Counted from the first letter of the stretch, positions 1 through 13,837 are shown. The stretch: DNA of 18,840 bases from Ureaplasma sp. (GCA_020024775.1 JAHHTF010000013.1:1-18840), one strand, 5' to 3'. Notes: generated by a model from the sequence alone, not told the origin. Program-made: numbers and translations.

Positions 1-80
1 TGAATACAAGAAAAAGGTTTTAAATATTTAGTCCAGTGATAGGGGATATGTCTAAGGTTATCTTGAGTTGTTTTTTATTA

Positions 81-1994
81 TTAGTTAACTGTGATAGAAG
101 TTTTGAAATAAGTTTTTGGAACTAAATAATATTTACCTTTATAAAAACCAACTTCTAATTGTGAGTTAGGATCATTTAAACTAACTGAATCATATCCATT
201 AGGTAAATTAAGTTCGATTCCTAATTTACTTCCTTTTGTTCCTTGCACAGTTTCAGCAGCTGCTCATCCACCTCAGTTATTATAAGATGAAACTGATAAA
301 CCAGGATTAATTTGTTTTAATAACTTATTGATTCTAGTTGTCATTGGATCATTCATTAATGTATTAAGATCAAATTTTGTTGAATCGATTTTAGCTGCTG
401 CGTTTTTTAATTCATTTCAAATACTATTTAATACACTAGTTTTGTTTTCAATAATTACTTGTTTTGGTAATGCTGTTGCAATGTTATTCATAATAATTGA
501 ATATGTTCCCATATAAGTGTTTGCATAAGCATAATCATTCTTATCAACTGTTAAGATTAAATCACTAGTTTGTTCTTGAGTTGGGTCTGCAAATTGCATT
601 TGGATGTTAGGTGAAAATAAGATGTTTCCAGTTTTAGGATCTGCAAAGAAACTATTCTTACCACCTCATACACCAAAGTTAAAAGCAATTTGAACACTAC
701 TAGATTTCTTGTTAATAATATCTTGAATTTTTGTTTTGATGTTATCATTAAAGATTTGTACAATTTCACTTGAGTTCTTAGTTGTAATTAGTTTTGAAAC
801 ACTATTGAAGATATCTGATAATTGTTTTGATTCAGCTGCAGTAAAATGAATATTAGCGGTTGGAATTGCTTTTAATAATCATGTTTTTTGTAATTCATCA
901 GTAGGTGAGAAATAGTAAGTGTTTTGGTATCTACTACTGTGGATCTCAAATTGTTTATCATCTTCAAAAACAAATGGTTCTGAACCTTCTGCTGCATAAA
1001 TGCATGTAGAACAATTTTCAAATTCTTTACTTACTGATTCATCAAATCCTTTTGGATTAACAATCATTTTATCAAACACTAAATTATTAATTCCATTGTC
1101 TTTAAGAATTTGAGTAACACCTTTAGCTGCATTGTTAAAGAACTCAGATTTTGATGCACTACTTATTGATGTTCCTTCATTATATTGAGCTTTAGTCATC
1201 TTTCCAATAACTTCAGTTTTCATATATTCATTAATCTTATCACTAATTGCTTTTGTAATAACAATCGCTGCTGGAACCTCTTCTCAAGTTCCATTTTCTT
1301 GGGTAGCAGTTGAATCAAAGATAACAGCTAATTTTGAATGTAAATAATCAATGTTGTTTAATTCTAAGTCAGGCGAGACTAAATCATTAATCAATACACT
1401 TCCATCTGTGAAAACATATGTTGAAACTGATTTATCTTTAATGGTTGTATCAGTTGATGGTTTAGCAGTTAATGAAACCTTGATTTGATTAATTGGTTGA
1501 TTATTTAATAGAGTTTTATAGTCATTACATGACTTTAAATCTGAAACAAATGATTGAAATGATTTATTATAAATTTTTTCACATAAACCATTATTTGCAT
1601 CTAATGTATATGATAATGTAATTGCTAAGTTATTTTGATTAGCATTTGTTTGAATTAATTCAGGTTTAACACCTAGTTTAGTTACAACTGCATTCTTAAA
1701 CACTGAACACATAATATTCTTTGCATTACTTAAATCATTATTTGCTTCAGTAATATTGTTATAGTTTTTGCAAAGCATTGCATGTGATTGTACCTTTGGA
1801 TTATATACATTATATGGTTGGTTTACAAACCTAAAGAAGTTACTACTATAATTTGCAATTGTTTCTTTACTACTAGAACTACTACTTGAACTTGATGAAC
1901 CACAAGATGTTGATGTTAATGCAATAGTTGTTGGAACTATAGCTAATGCAATCGTTCCAACTACACCCATAATTATTTTTGATTTTAATTTCAT
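81..1994 (-). CDS. Surface lipoprotein of unknown function, 637 aa. Track fragments 1284..1994, 879..1223 and 417..599 join through TGA=Trp.
   Basis: N-terminus MKLKSKIIMGVVGTIALAIVPTTIALTSTSC has a signal peptide and lipobox Cys, followed by a Ser10 linker. All fragments share one frame. I walked that frame codon by codon from 878 down to 81. The only in-frame stops were TGA (1284, 879, 666, 417, 273, 264) until TAA at 81..83. AGGA lies 8 nt upstream of the ATG at 1994. Confidence 0.8.
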
Positions 1995-2050
1995 TAAATA
2001 TATCCTTTTTCATTTAAAATATTTAAACAAATATTTTTAAATACACATTC

Positions 2051-2059
2051 ATTATACCA
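2051..2059 (-). promoter_or_regulatory. Candidate extended -10 element (TGGTATAAT on the minus strand) for the 81..1994 lipoprotein gene
   Basis: The reverse complement of 2051..2059 reads TGGTATAAT, about 57 nt upstream of the ATG at 1994. In AT-rich DNA TATAAT alone is weak evidence; the TGn extension adds some weight. Confidence 0.4.
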
Positions 2060-2110
2060 TAAACAATATGATTAGATTTTTCATCTCCAATTAATCGTCA
2101 AGATGTCATG

Positions 2111-2142
2111 AAAAAACCTGTAGAAATCAATCCACAGGTTTT
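2111..2142 (-). terminator. Rho-independent terminator ending the rpoB-rpoC-small ORF transcription unit; its shape is bidirectional
   Basis: A 9-bp stem (aaaacctgt 2113..2121 paired with acaggtttt 2134..2142) encloses a 12-nt loop. An A-run lies on one side and a T-run on the other. It sits 12 nt past the stop of the 2154..2321 ORF. Confidence 0.65.
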
Positions 2143-2153
2143 AATAATATCTT

Positions 2154-2321
2154 TTATTTTAATTTAATTCATTTGTGTGAATCAGTATCGAAAGTAATGA
2201 TGTTACCATATGATAAATCAGGTAGTTCTGATTTTGCTACAAACACTTGGTCTTCTTCATCTAAACCTTCACATACATATTCATCTTCTAATACATCACT
2301 AATAACAAATCTATTATTCAT
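2154..2321 (-). CDS. Small hypothetical protein, 55 aa, immediately downstream of rpoC; loosely DUF3006-like
   Basis: Absent from the track because of an in-frame TGA at 2169..2171. Translation: MNNRFVISDVLEDEYVCEGLDEEDQVFVAKSELPDLSYGNIITFDTDSHKWIKLK, ending at TAA 2154..2156. AAGGA lies 6 nt upstream of the ATG at 2321. It begins 30 nt after the rpoC stop and is followed directly by the terminator. Confidence 0.5.
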
Positions 2322-2351
2322 AATAAATCCTTACATTAATAATTAATTATA

Positions 2352-6209
<3,858 letters not shown>

Positions 6210-6226
6210 AATATATTCTCCTTTAA

Positions 6227-9200
6227 TTAAATTTCGTATGCTTCATCACTAGCATCTTCTCTATCCATGCTAGATGAACTGTTTTCCATTGCTTCAAGTT
6301 CATTGTTGATAGCATCTGATTCATTTTTAATGTAATTGTTCATATCAACCATTGTTCCATCTGGTTGTTTAACTTCTAGATATAAACCAAGACCTTGGAT
6401 TTTTTTAGTTAATAATTTAAATGATTCTGGTGTTGTACCATCTGGTAAATCATAACCTTTAACAATTGCATTATAAGTCATGTTTCTACCTCTAACGTCA
6501 TCAGATTTGATAGTAAGGATTTCATGTAAGTTGTAAGCAGCACCATATGCTTCAAGGGCTCAAACTTCCATTTCCCCAAATCTTTGTCCACCATTTTGTG
6601 ATTTACCACCAAGTGGTTGTTGTGTAATTTTTGAGTAAGGTCCAATTGAACGAGCATGGATCTTGTCATCAACCATGTGGTCTAGTTTTAACATGTACAT
6701 TACCCCAACAGCAATATCTCCATCGAAGTAATCTCCAGTTCTTCCATCACGTAGTTTGAACTTACCATGAGTTTCTAATGGGTTGATACCAGCTTCATTC
6801 ATGATATCAATTAGTTCATTATTTTGAACCCCTTCGAATACTGGTGTTGATACTTTATATCCGATGTCATCGAATTTCATACCAACTCTGTTTAATGCAA
6901 TGATTAAGTCATTGTTTTTAACTGTTTTAACTAATTCATCAAAACTAGATGCTTTAGTTTCATCAATTAATTGTTTAATATGTTTTTGCAAGTTAATAGC
7001 AATATGTTCATGTAAACCATATCTAGATTGGATTTCACTAATAGGTTTCTTTTCATATACTAATCTTAATAATTCTTTTTTACCTAATTCTAATGTAGAT
7101 AAACCTAAGTGTAATTCAAGAATTTGTCCAATGTTCATACGAGATGGAACCCCTAGTGGGTTAAGCATTACATCCAATGGTGTACCATCATCTAAGAAAG
7201 GCATATCTGATAGTGGAACGATTTTAGAAACAATCCCTTTGTTACCATGACGTCCAGCCATCTTATCCCCAACTTGGATTTTTCTTTTTTGAGCAATATA
7301 AACTTTAACAACTTCAATTACATCATCTCCTAAATCAGAGTCTAATGTATCTGAGTTTTTTAAACGTTGAACATCAATAACAATCCCTTCACCACCGTGT
7401 GGTACTTTTAATGATGAGTCTTTTAGTGATTTTGTTTTTTCACCAAAGATTGTGTAAAGAAGTTTTTCTTCAGGTGGTAAGTCAACTTGTCCTCTTGGTG
7501 TTACTTTACCAACTAACACATCTCCTTCTTTAACTTCAGCACCGATCATGATAATACCATCTTCATTAAGGTATTTTTTAGCAGCATCAGAAACGTTTGG
7601 AATATCTCTTGAAATTTCTTCATCACCGTTTTTAGTTTGTAAACATTGAATCTTGTATTCATCAATGTGAATAGAAGTATATACATCTTCGTTTACTAAT
7701 CTTTCAGAAAGAATAATAGCATCTTCGAAGTTGTAACCATTTCAAGTACTAAAACCAACAAGTACGTTTCTTCCTAATGATAATTCACCATTTTCCATTG
7801 CTGGACCATTAGCTAAGAAATCACCTTTTTTAACTTCTTGGTTTAATAATACAATTGGTGATTGGTTGTTACAAGTGTTTTGGTTTGATTTGTTGTATTT
7901 GATTAATTCATATTCTTTATCAGTTCCATCTTTTCCTTCAACAACAACTTTATATCCATCAACTTGTTTAACTTTACCATCGATTTCAGAAATGATTGCA
8001 GTCCCTGAGTCATGAGCAATTTTATATTCAGATCCAGTTCCTACTCAAGGAGCTTTTGGATTAATTAATGGAACAGCTTGACGTTGCATGTTTGAACCCA
8101 TTAAAGCACGGTTCGCATCATCGTTTTCTAAGAACGGAATTAAACTAGCAGCAACTGATACTACTTGTTTAGGAACAACATCAATGAAATCAATTTCTTC
8201 AGGTTTGAATAATTGAGTAGTTCCTTTGAATCTACAAACAACATTGTCTTCTATAATATTGTTTTTATCATCTAATGCAATGTTTGCTTCTGCAATTACA
8301 TATTCATCATCTTGTAATGAAGTGAATCAAACAATTTCATCAGTTACTTTTTTATCTTTTACTTTTCTATATGGAGTTTCAATGAATCCATTGTCATCAA
8401 CTCTAGCATAAGAAGCTAGTGACATGATTAACCCAATGTTCATCCCTTCAGGAGTTTCAATCGGACAAATTCTACCATAGTGTGAGTTGTGAACGTCACG
8501 GATATCTAGGTTAGGGTCTTCTCTTGAAATCCCTCCTGGACCCATCGCAGAAATTCTACGTTTGTTAGTTAATTCAGATAATGGGTTTTGTTGGTCAATG
8601 AATTGGATTAATTGGTATGAGTTGAAGAAATCTTTTAAAGTGATTTGGAATTGTTTAGTATTTACAATTGATTTAATTGTTAATTCTTTTGTTGTTAATG
8701 CAAGTACTTCTTCATCTTTTGAAGCTTTGCTAATATTGATATCACCATCAGCAATTGATAATTTTTCAATGATTGATTTTTCAATCTTCACCATTGCAGC
8801 TGATAGTTTGTTTTTTAATTGTTCATGAAGCAATTTTAAACGTTTGTTTCCTAAATGATCAATGTCATCAAAGGAACCAATTTCTTTTGATAAGTTGTAA
8901 GCATATGAAATTGAAGCTAGGATATCAACAATGTTTAATGTTGTCCCAACTGTATTTCTTGAACCAATGATAGTCATTGTTTTAGTTTCATCACCATAGT
9001 ATAAGTGAGCTCTTTCAAAAACTACACTTTTAGAAACATTTGGTTGAGGTGTTTTAAATGACATGAATGGGTTTTCAATTTTAACTTCTTTAATAGTTGA
9101 AATATTAGAGTCTTTTGAATGTTGTTTAATTAACTCAGTTGTAGTTTTAGTTAATAAACTACCTTTTTCAGCAATAACATTTCCTTTGCTATCTTTAATA

Positions 9201-10408
9201 TCTTCAGCTAATACGTTGTTGTATAGTCTTTCTGATAAACGAAGCTTTCTGTCAATTTTATATCTACCAGCACTTGATAAGTCATAGAATCTTTCAGTGA
9301 ATAGATATAACATGAATAACCCTTGGTAACAGAAGTGTTCTTCTTCGATTGAAATATCCAATGATTTAGGAGAGAAACCTAAATCTAAACAGATATCTTT
9401 AGCAGCTTTTTCTGTAATAATCTTTCATAAAAGAGCTTCTTTTTTCTTAAGTAGTTCTTTATCTTCTGGATTACTTGAAAGTTTTTCATTTAAAACCAAA
9501 GCTTCAGTAATTAATCTTCTTAGTTTTAAATCAATTGGGTTTCCTTTGTGAACAATATCTTCTAAAGAATAACCTTGTTGGTATTCTTTTTCAATTTCTG
9601 AAGTAATGTTTTTGATATCTAAATCATCTAAAATTCTGTTAGTGTTGTATTCGTCATGTTCTAAAGTATCAACTACGAATTCATTATCTTTGCCATAGAT
9701 ATCTAAAATGTTTTGATTAGATAACCCATAAGCTTTTAAGAATGTAGTTGCTCTAACGAATGGTGCACTTTCAGAGTTTAGACTTCTTAAATAGAAACCA
9801 ATTCCTTTTTGGTCTGTGTGGTTAATAACCATCATTGTTCCCTTGTATGGTAAAATTTCACAAACTCCATTTTCGATTGTTTTCTTTCTGTTGTTGTTTA
9901 ATTTAATTTGAGATTTAAATAAAACATACATCCCAGGAGATCTTAAAATTTGTGTAATTACAAACTTTTCAATTCCGTTGATGATAAATGTCCCTTTATC
10001 ACACATTAATGGGATGTTACCGAAGAAAATTCCTTCAGTGGGTTTTTGTCCTTTTTTCGCTGCAGTCTTTTTAGTTTGTTTAACTTCTCCAGTTTCGTTG
10101 TTAACTAGTTCTAAGTCAACATACAATGGAACATCATAAGTACTAGATTCGTATTTACATCTAGGAATACTTGATCTGATGTCTCCAAAAGTCATTTTCT
10201 TGAAGTTTAAAGTATATTTCCCTTTTGGTGAATTAATTGGGAAACTTGCTTTAATTAAACTTTCAAGTTCAGTGTCCATAAAAGTCTTAAAAGAGTTTTT
10301 TTGGATTTCAAGCAAGTTGGGCATATCTAGACTATTCTTTGTCTTAGAATAATCACGACGCACAACTTTGTCACTAAATTTATGATCGAAGAATTTATTG
10401 TCTTTCAT
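6227..10408 (-). CDS. rpoB: DNA-directed RNA polymerase subunit beta, 1393 aa
   Basis: Fragments 6227..6481, 6560..7549, 8327..9361 and 9425..10408 share one frame. The 7550..8326 gap translates to conserved beta-subunit sequence (...[23 protein letters not shown]...). AAGGAG (10419..10414) lies 5 nt upstream of the ATG. TAA stop is at 6227..6229, 17 nt before the rpoC start. Confidence 0.97.
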
Positions 10409-10492
10409 ATTGCTCCTTTTGAAATTTCTTCATATATTATTTAACCTAATAAATAAAATAACCTATAAATTTTATAATATTTTTTTTATTTT

Positions 10493-10520
10493 TTGAAAAA
10501 ACTTGTATTTTTCTTATAAA
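10493..10520 (+). promoter_or_regulatory. Candidate sigma-70-type promoter for upp (TTGAAA, 16-nt spacer, TATAAA)
   Basis: TTGAAA at 10493..10498 and TATAAA at 10515..10520. An alternative pair is TTGTAT 10503..10508 with GATAAT 10525..10530. The background is AT-rich, so this is weak. Confidence 0.25.
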
Positions 10521-10611
10521 AAAGTGATAATAAAATCCAAAAAATTTTAGTTTTTTGTTTTTGTTTATAAAATATATAAAAATATATTTTTATGAATGGA
10601 GTTATCTAAAT

Positions 10612-11253
10612 ATGTTCAAAGTTTTAAATGATCAACCTTTAATTAAGGATAAATTAACTAAACTGAGACAGAAAGAATCTGATACATTAACTTTCAGATA
10701 CAACCTAGCTGAATTAGCACAATTAATGTTCTACGAAGCAACAAGAAACTTATCAGTTACTGAATTTACAATTGATACACCGGTTGTTGATAATGTAAAA
10801 AATGGTGGATTCAAAATCTCTGACCCGCTATTATTAGTTGCAATCCTTAGAGCAGGGTTAGGAATGACTGATGCTATCAAGGATTTAATCCCTGATTGTA
10901 GTATTGGTCATATTGGAATGTTCCGTAATGAAGAAACATTAGAACCTCAACAATACTACTATAAAATGCCTAACAACATTTCAGAATCTACAGTATTTGT
11001 TTGTGACCCAATGTTAGCAACTGCAGGAAGTGCTATTAGTGCAATTGATTTAATCAAAAAAGAAAACCCTAAAAAAATCATTTTCTTAGGAATTCTTGGA
11101 GCACAACAAGGATTGGATGCAATCCAAAAAGCTCATCCAGATGTAGATGTATATCTAGCTGGATTAGATGAAAAATTAAACGAAAACGGTTACATTGTAC
11201 CAGGACTTGGTGACGCTGGTGACAGAATTTTCGGAACAATACACAACAAATAA
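10612..11253 (+). CDS. upp: Uracil phosphoribosyltransferase, 213 aa
   Basis: MFKVLNDQPLIKDKLTKLRQKESD... with the PRPP-binding block VFVCDPMLATAGSA and the C-terminal YIVPGLGDAGDRIFGT motif typical of Upp. GGAG lies about 12 nt upstream of the ATG at 10612. The track begins at TTG 10555, 19 codons further upstream, in low-complexity leader. Confidence 0.93.
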   Translation: MFKVLNDQPLIKDKLTKLRQKESDTLTFRYNLAELAQLMFYEATRNLSVTEFTIDTPVVDNVKNGGFKISDPLLLVAILRAGLGMTDAIKDLIPDCSIGHIGMFRNEETLEPQQYYYKMPNNISESTVFVCDPMLATAGSAISAIDLIKKENPKKIIFLGILGAQQGLDAIQKAHPDVDVYLAGLDEKLNENGYIVPGLGDAGDRIFGTIHNK

Positions 11254-12013
11254 TGGTATTAACACTACAGTTGCTTTTAACCAAAAACTTAGAAAAACTC
11301 AAAAAAGAACTTTAACTTTTTCTTTGTTATGAAGTGCATTAGGCTTTATCGCTGTTGCACTATTGACATTCGGTTATGTTTATGTATTTAAAAAGTATTT
11401 CTATGAAATCTTTTATTATCACTATAACACTTATACAATTGTTTCATCAGTTGTAACCATTGTATTATTTGTGATTGGAATAATACTAGATATGAAAGTT
11501 AGAACTAACTTGTTAAATGCAAGTTGGGGCTTAATTATTAGTGTTTGGTTTATTTATGTTTTATTGTATACAGGAATGTTAGCTCCTTTAATTACATTGA
11601 TTGATGATCCTTATGTAATTGCAATAGGAGTAGGAATTACAGGAGCATCATTATTACTTTGTACATTAATTTCATTATTCTGAATGAATGATAAAGCAGC
11701 ATACACAATTAATAAGATTATTACAATATTGTTTATTGTGATTATGTTAATGCAATTGATCTTCATTATTCCATTTGCATTATTATATGCATACCAAACA
11801 TGGCAAATAATTTATTCAGTTGTATTTAGTGTGGTTTCATTCTTAATGTTATTGCAAAACATGTTTTCAATATCAAGAACTGCAAGTTTCGTTGATACAG
11901 AAGATAATGCAACTATTACAAAATTAAGTTTCTACTTCGGCTACATAATTATGTGTAGTGTAGTAAGATTATTCATTATTTTATTGAATTTATTATTAGT
12001 TACGAGAAGATAA
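11219..12013 (+). CDS. Multi-pass integral membrane protein, possibly Bax-inhibitor-1/YccA family; start codon uncertain
   Basis: Track ORFs 11363..11683 and 11684..12013 are one frame joined by TGA at 11681. The frame is open upstream to 11180, with another TGA at 11330. There are about 6-7 hydrophobic segments and a basic C-terminal tail (LLLVTRR). No in-frame ATG occurs before codon DMK (about 11491). Candidate starts are GTG 11219 (GGTGA 5 nt upstream), GTG 11210, TTG 11207 and TTG 11195. Confidence 0.6.
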
Positions 12014-12026
12014 AAAGCACAAAATT

Positions 12027-12061
12027 AGGACCTTTATACATATGTATGAGGGTTCTTTTTT
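12027..12061 (+). terminator. Rho-independent terminator after the membrane-protein gene
   Basis: The hairpin aggacctttatacat / atgtatgagggttct has a perfect inner palindrome (atacatatgtat) and G-U wobbles in the outer stem. A T6 run follows. Confidence 0.6.
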
Positions 12062-12147
12062 AATTTTGGATAAAAAATATTAAATTTTGTATTACATAGT
12101 AATACACTTTTTTTCTTTGTAAAAAAATAATTAAATTAGTAAATAAT

Positions 12148-12156
12148 TGTTATAAT
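12148..12156 (+). promoter_or_regulatory. Extended -10 promoter element TGTTATAAT for mraZ-rsmH
   Basis: TG-n-TATAAT at 12148..12156, 33 nt upstream of the mraZ ATG. No good -35 is present, as is common with extended -10 promoters. Confidence 0.5.
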
Positions 12157-12158
12157 TT

Positions 12159-12184
12159 AAAGTGCAAAGTGGGAGAAAGTGGGA
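12159..12184 (+). promoter_or_regulatory. Three direct AAAGTG(G/C) boxes, a putative MraZ autoregulatory operator
   Basis: AAAGTGC at 12159..12165, AAAGTGGG at 12166..12173 and AAAGTGGG at 12176..12183. The two TGGGA cores (12170 and 12180) are exactly 10 nt apart. The boxes lie between the -10 element and the mraZ ATG and overlap the purine-rich RBS. Confidence 0.55.
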
Positions 12185-12188
12185 CAAC

Positions 12189-12626
12189 ATGTTATTACTA
12201 GGGACATACGAACATTCATTAGATGCTAAAAACAGACTCACTTTGCCTTCTAAATTAGTGAGTAAATTACCCGACAACATTGTTGTTAGCTACGGAGTCG
12301 ATGGTTGCATCGAACTTAGAACTCAAGAGGAGTTCAGTAATTATTGTTCAACATTATTAGATCTTGGAGCCTTTGATCAAAAAGCTAGATCAATCCAAAG
12401 ATTTATTAATTCGAACTCATTTGAACTAACTATTGATAATTCTAATAGAGTATTACTTCCAAATATTTTATTAGAATTAGCACACATTACTAAGGAAGTA
12501 ACAGTAATTGGTGTTAGCAATAAAGTTGAAATTTGAGATCAAGAAACATACAAACTTAAATTTGAACAAACAATTCCTGAACTTGCTTTACTTATGGAAG
12601 AAATAGGAAAAAATGGAAAGCAATAA
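12189..12626 (+). CDS. mraZ: Transcriptional regulator MraZ, 145 aa
   Basis: MLLLGTYEHSLDAKNRLTLPSKL... and a second half-domain ...ELTIDNSNRVLLPNILLE... match the duplicated MraZ/SpoVT-AbrB fold signature (DxKxR). TGA at 12534 is read as Trp and the frame continues to TAA 12624..12626. It overlaps the rsmH start by 14 nt. Confidence 0.9.
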
Positions 12627-13545
12627 TCATATATCTGTATTGCTACATGAAGCAGTTGAAGCTTTAGATATTAAACCTGATGGAATATATGTTGATGGAA
12701 CCCTTGGCAGAGGGGGACATTCTCAGCTTATTTTAGATAAGTTGAATGAACATGGAAGATTAATCAGTATCGACCAAGATATCCAAGCCATTCAGTACTG
12801 TACCAACAATTTCAAAAATGATTCTAGAATTAGGATAATTAAAAACAATTTTTCTAATATAGACAAAATCCTTAATGATCTAAAAATCGATCATGTTGAT
12901 GGTATTCTACTTGACCTTGGTGTTTCAAGTCCACAGATTGATAATCCTGAAAGAGGGTTTAGTTTTAAACAAAACTGTGCATTAGATATGCGGATGGATT
13001 TAGATAATGCTCTAACAGCTGAATACATTATCAATAATTATTCTTTTCAACAATTATCTTATATTTTTAAAGTTTATGCAGATGAGCATAATCCTAGTCG
13101 ATTAGTGAATGCGATTCTGAAAGAACGTACTAAACACCCTATAAAAACATCATTTGAACTTAATGCGATACTAAAAACAGTATTGCCTAAAAAAGAAATT
13201 TATACTAATCACAATTTTAGTAATAAATATTTTCAAGCACTTCGAATTGCTGTCAATGATGAAATTAATGCACTTGAACAATTCCTAGCTAGATCTGTTC
13301 AGTTTCTTAATAAAGATGGTCGTTTATGCATCATCACATTTCATTCATTAGAAGATAGAATTGTGCAAAACTGTTTTAAACAATTATCAAAAAATAAACT
13401 TCCAAAAGAAATCCCTTTAAACCAACAATTAAGAGATTTCGAAATAGTTAATTTTAAAGGGATTACTCCCACCAAAGACGAGGTTAATTGCAATATAAGA
13501 TCTCGTTCATCAAAATTACGTATATTAAAGAAGGTTGCGTCATAA
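12613..13545 (+). CDS. rsmH: 16S rRNA (cytosine1402-N4)-methyltransferase RsmH (MraW), 310 aa
   Basis: HISVLLHEAVEALDIKPDGIYVDGTLGRGGHS (SAM-binding motif), DLGVSSPQID and FHSLEDRIV are hallmark RsmH blocks. The gene sits in the canonical position after mraZ. Confidence 0.93.
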   Translation: MESNNHISVLLHEAVEALDIKPDGIYVDGTLGRGGHSQLILDKLNEHGRLISIDQDIQAIQYCTNNFKNDSRIRIIKNNFSNIDKILNDLKIDHVDGILLDLGVSSPQIDNPERGFSFKQNCALDMRMDLDNALTAEYIINNYSFQQLSYIFKVYADEHNPSRLVNAILKERTKHPIKTSFELNAILKTVLPKKEIYTNHNFSNKYFQALRIAVNDEINALEQFLARSVQFLNKDGRLCIITFHSLEDRIVQNCFKQLSKNKLPKEIPLNQQLRDFEIVNFKGITPTKDEVNCNIRSRSSKLRILKKVAS

Positions 13546-13837
13546 ACAAACCTTCTTTTTGTTTGTTAATAATCATATAAATCAATTTGATGCAACAAAT
13601 TTAATTGAATACTAGAGAATTAATCAGATTATTTAATATCATTGAATTTCATGGATGTATTCATATTTAAAAATAGATTTAGTACTATATATAAAATCAA
13701 TAGTCCTCTTACACGAATGCAAGAGGACAGAAAAGAAATTGTTATAGATAAATATCTCTTTTTTAAATATAACTTAAATATTATAGCACACTGATAAAAA
13801 ATTGCATTATTTAAAATAAAATATTTAAATAGGATTA

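Noticed and set aside
328-769. ORFs 328..516 (+) and 557..769 (-) inside the first lipoprotein gene
   Set aside because: One is antisense and the other out of frame relative to the 637-codon lipoprotein frame. Neither has independent support.
1869-1898. Ser10 tract after the lipobox Cys as a possible slipped-strand repeat
   Set aside because: The ten serines are encoded by mixed codons (TCA, AGT, TCT), not by a perfect trinucleotide repeat. Slippage potential is therefore low, and it looks like an ordinary flexible linker.
10555-10611. Track start of upp at TTG 10555, 19 extra N-terminal codons (MFLFIKYIKIYFYEWSYLN)
   Set aside because: The extension is translated promoter and leader sequence. 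ATG 10612 has a GGAG RBS and gives the canonical Upp N-terminus.
11078-11302. Minus-strand 74-aa ORF antisense to the 3' end of upp
   Set aside because: It is embedded antisense in a conserved gene and has no supporting signals.
12162-12188. Track start of mraZ at GTG 12162
   Set aside because: That GTG is part of the first AAAGTG operator box. ATG 12189 gives the conserved MraZ N-terminus and is preceded by a purine-rich RBS.
13651-13797. 48-codon plus-strand ORF (MDVFIFKNRFSTIYKINSPLTRMQEDRKEIVIDKYLFFKYNLNIIAHW) in the spacer where a division gene might be expected
   Set aside because: There is no Shine-Dalgarno sequence upstream, its composition is indistinguishable from the AT-rich spacer, and the stem-loop lies inside it. 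It is worth a conservation check but is not supportable as a gene.
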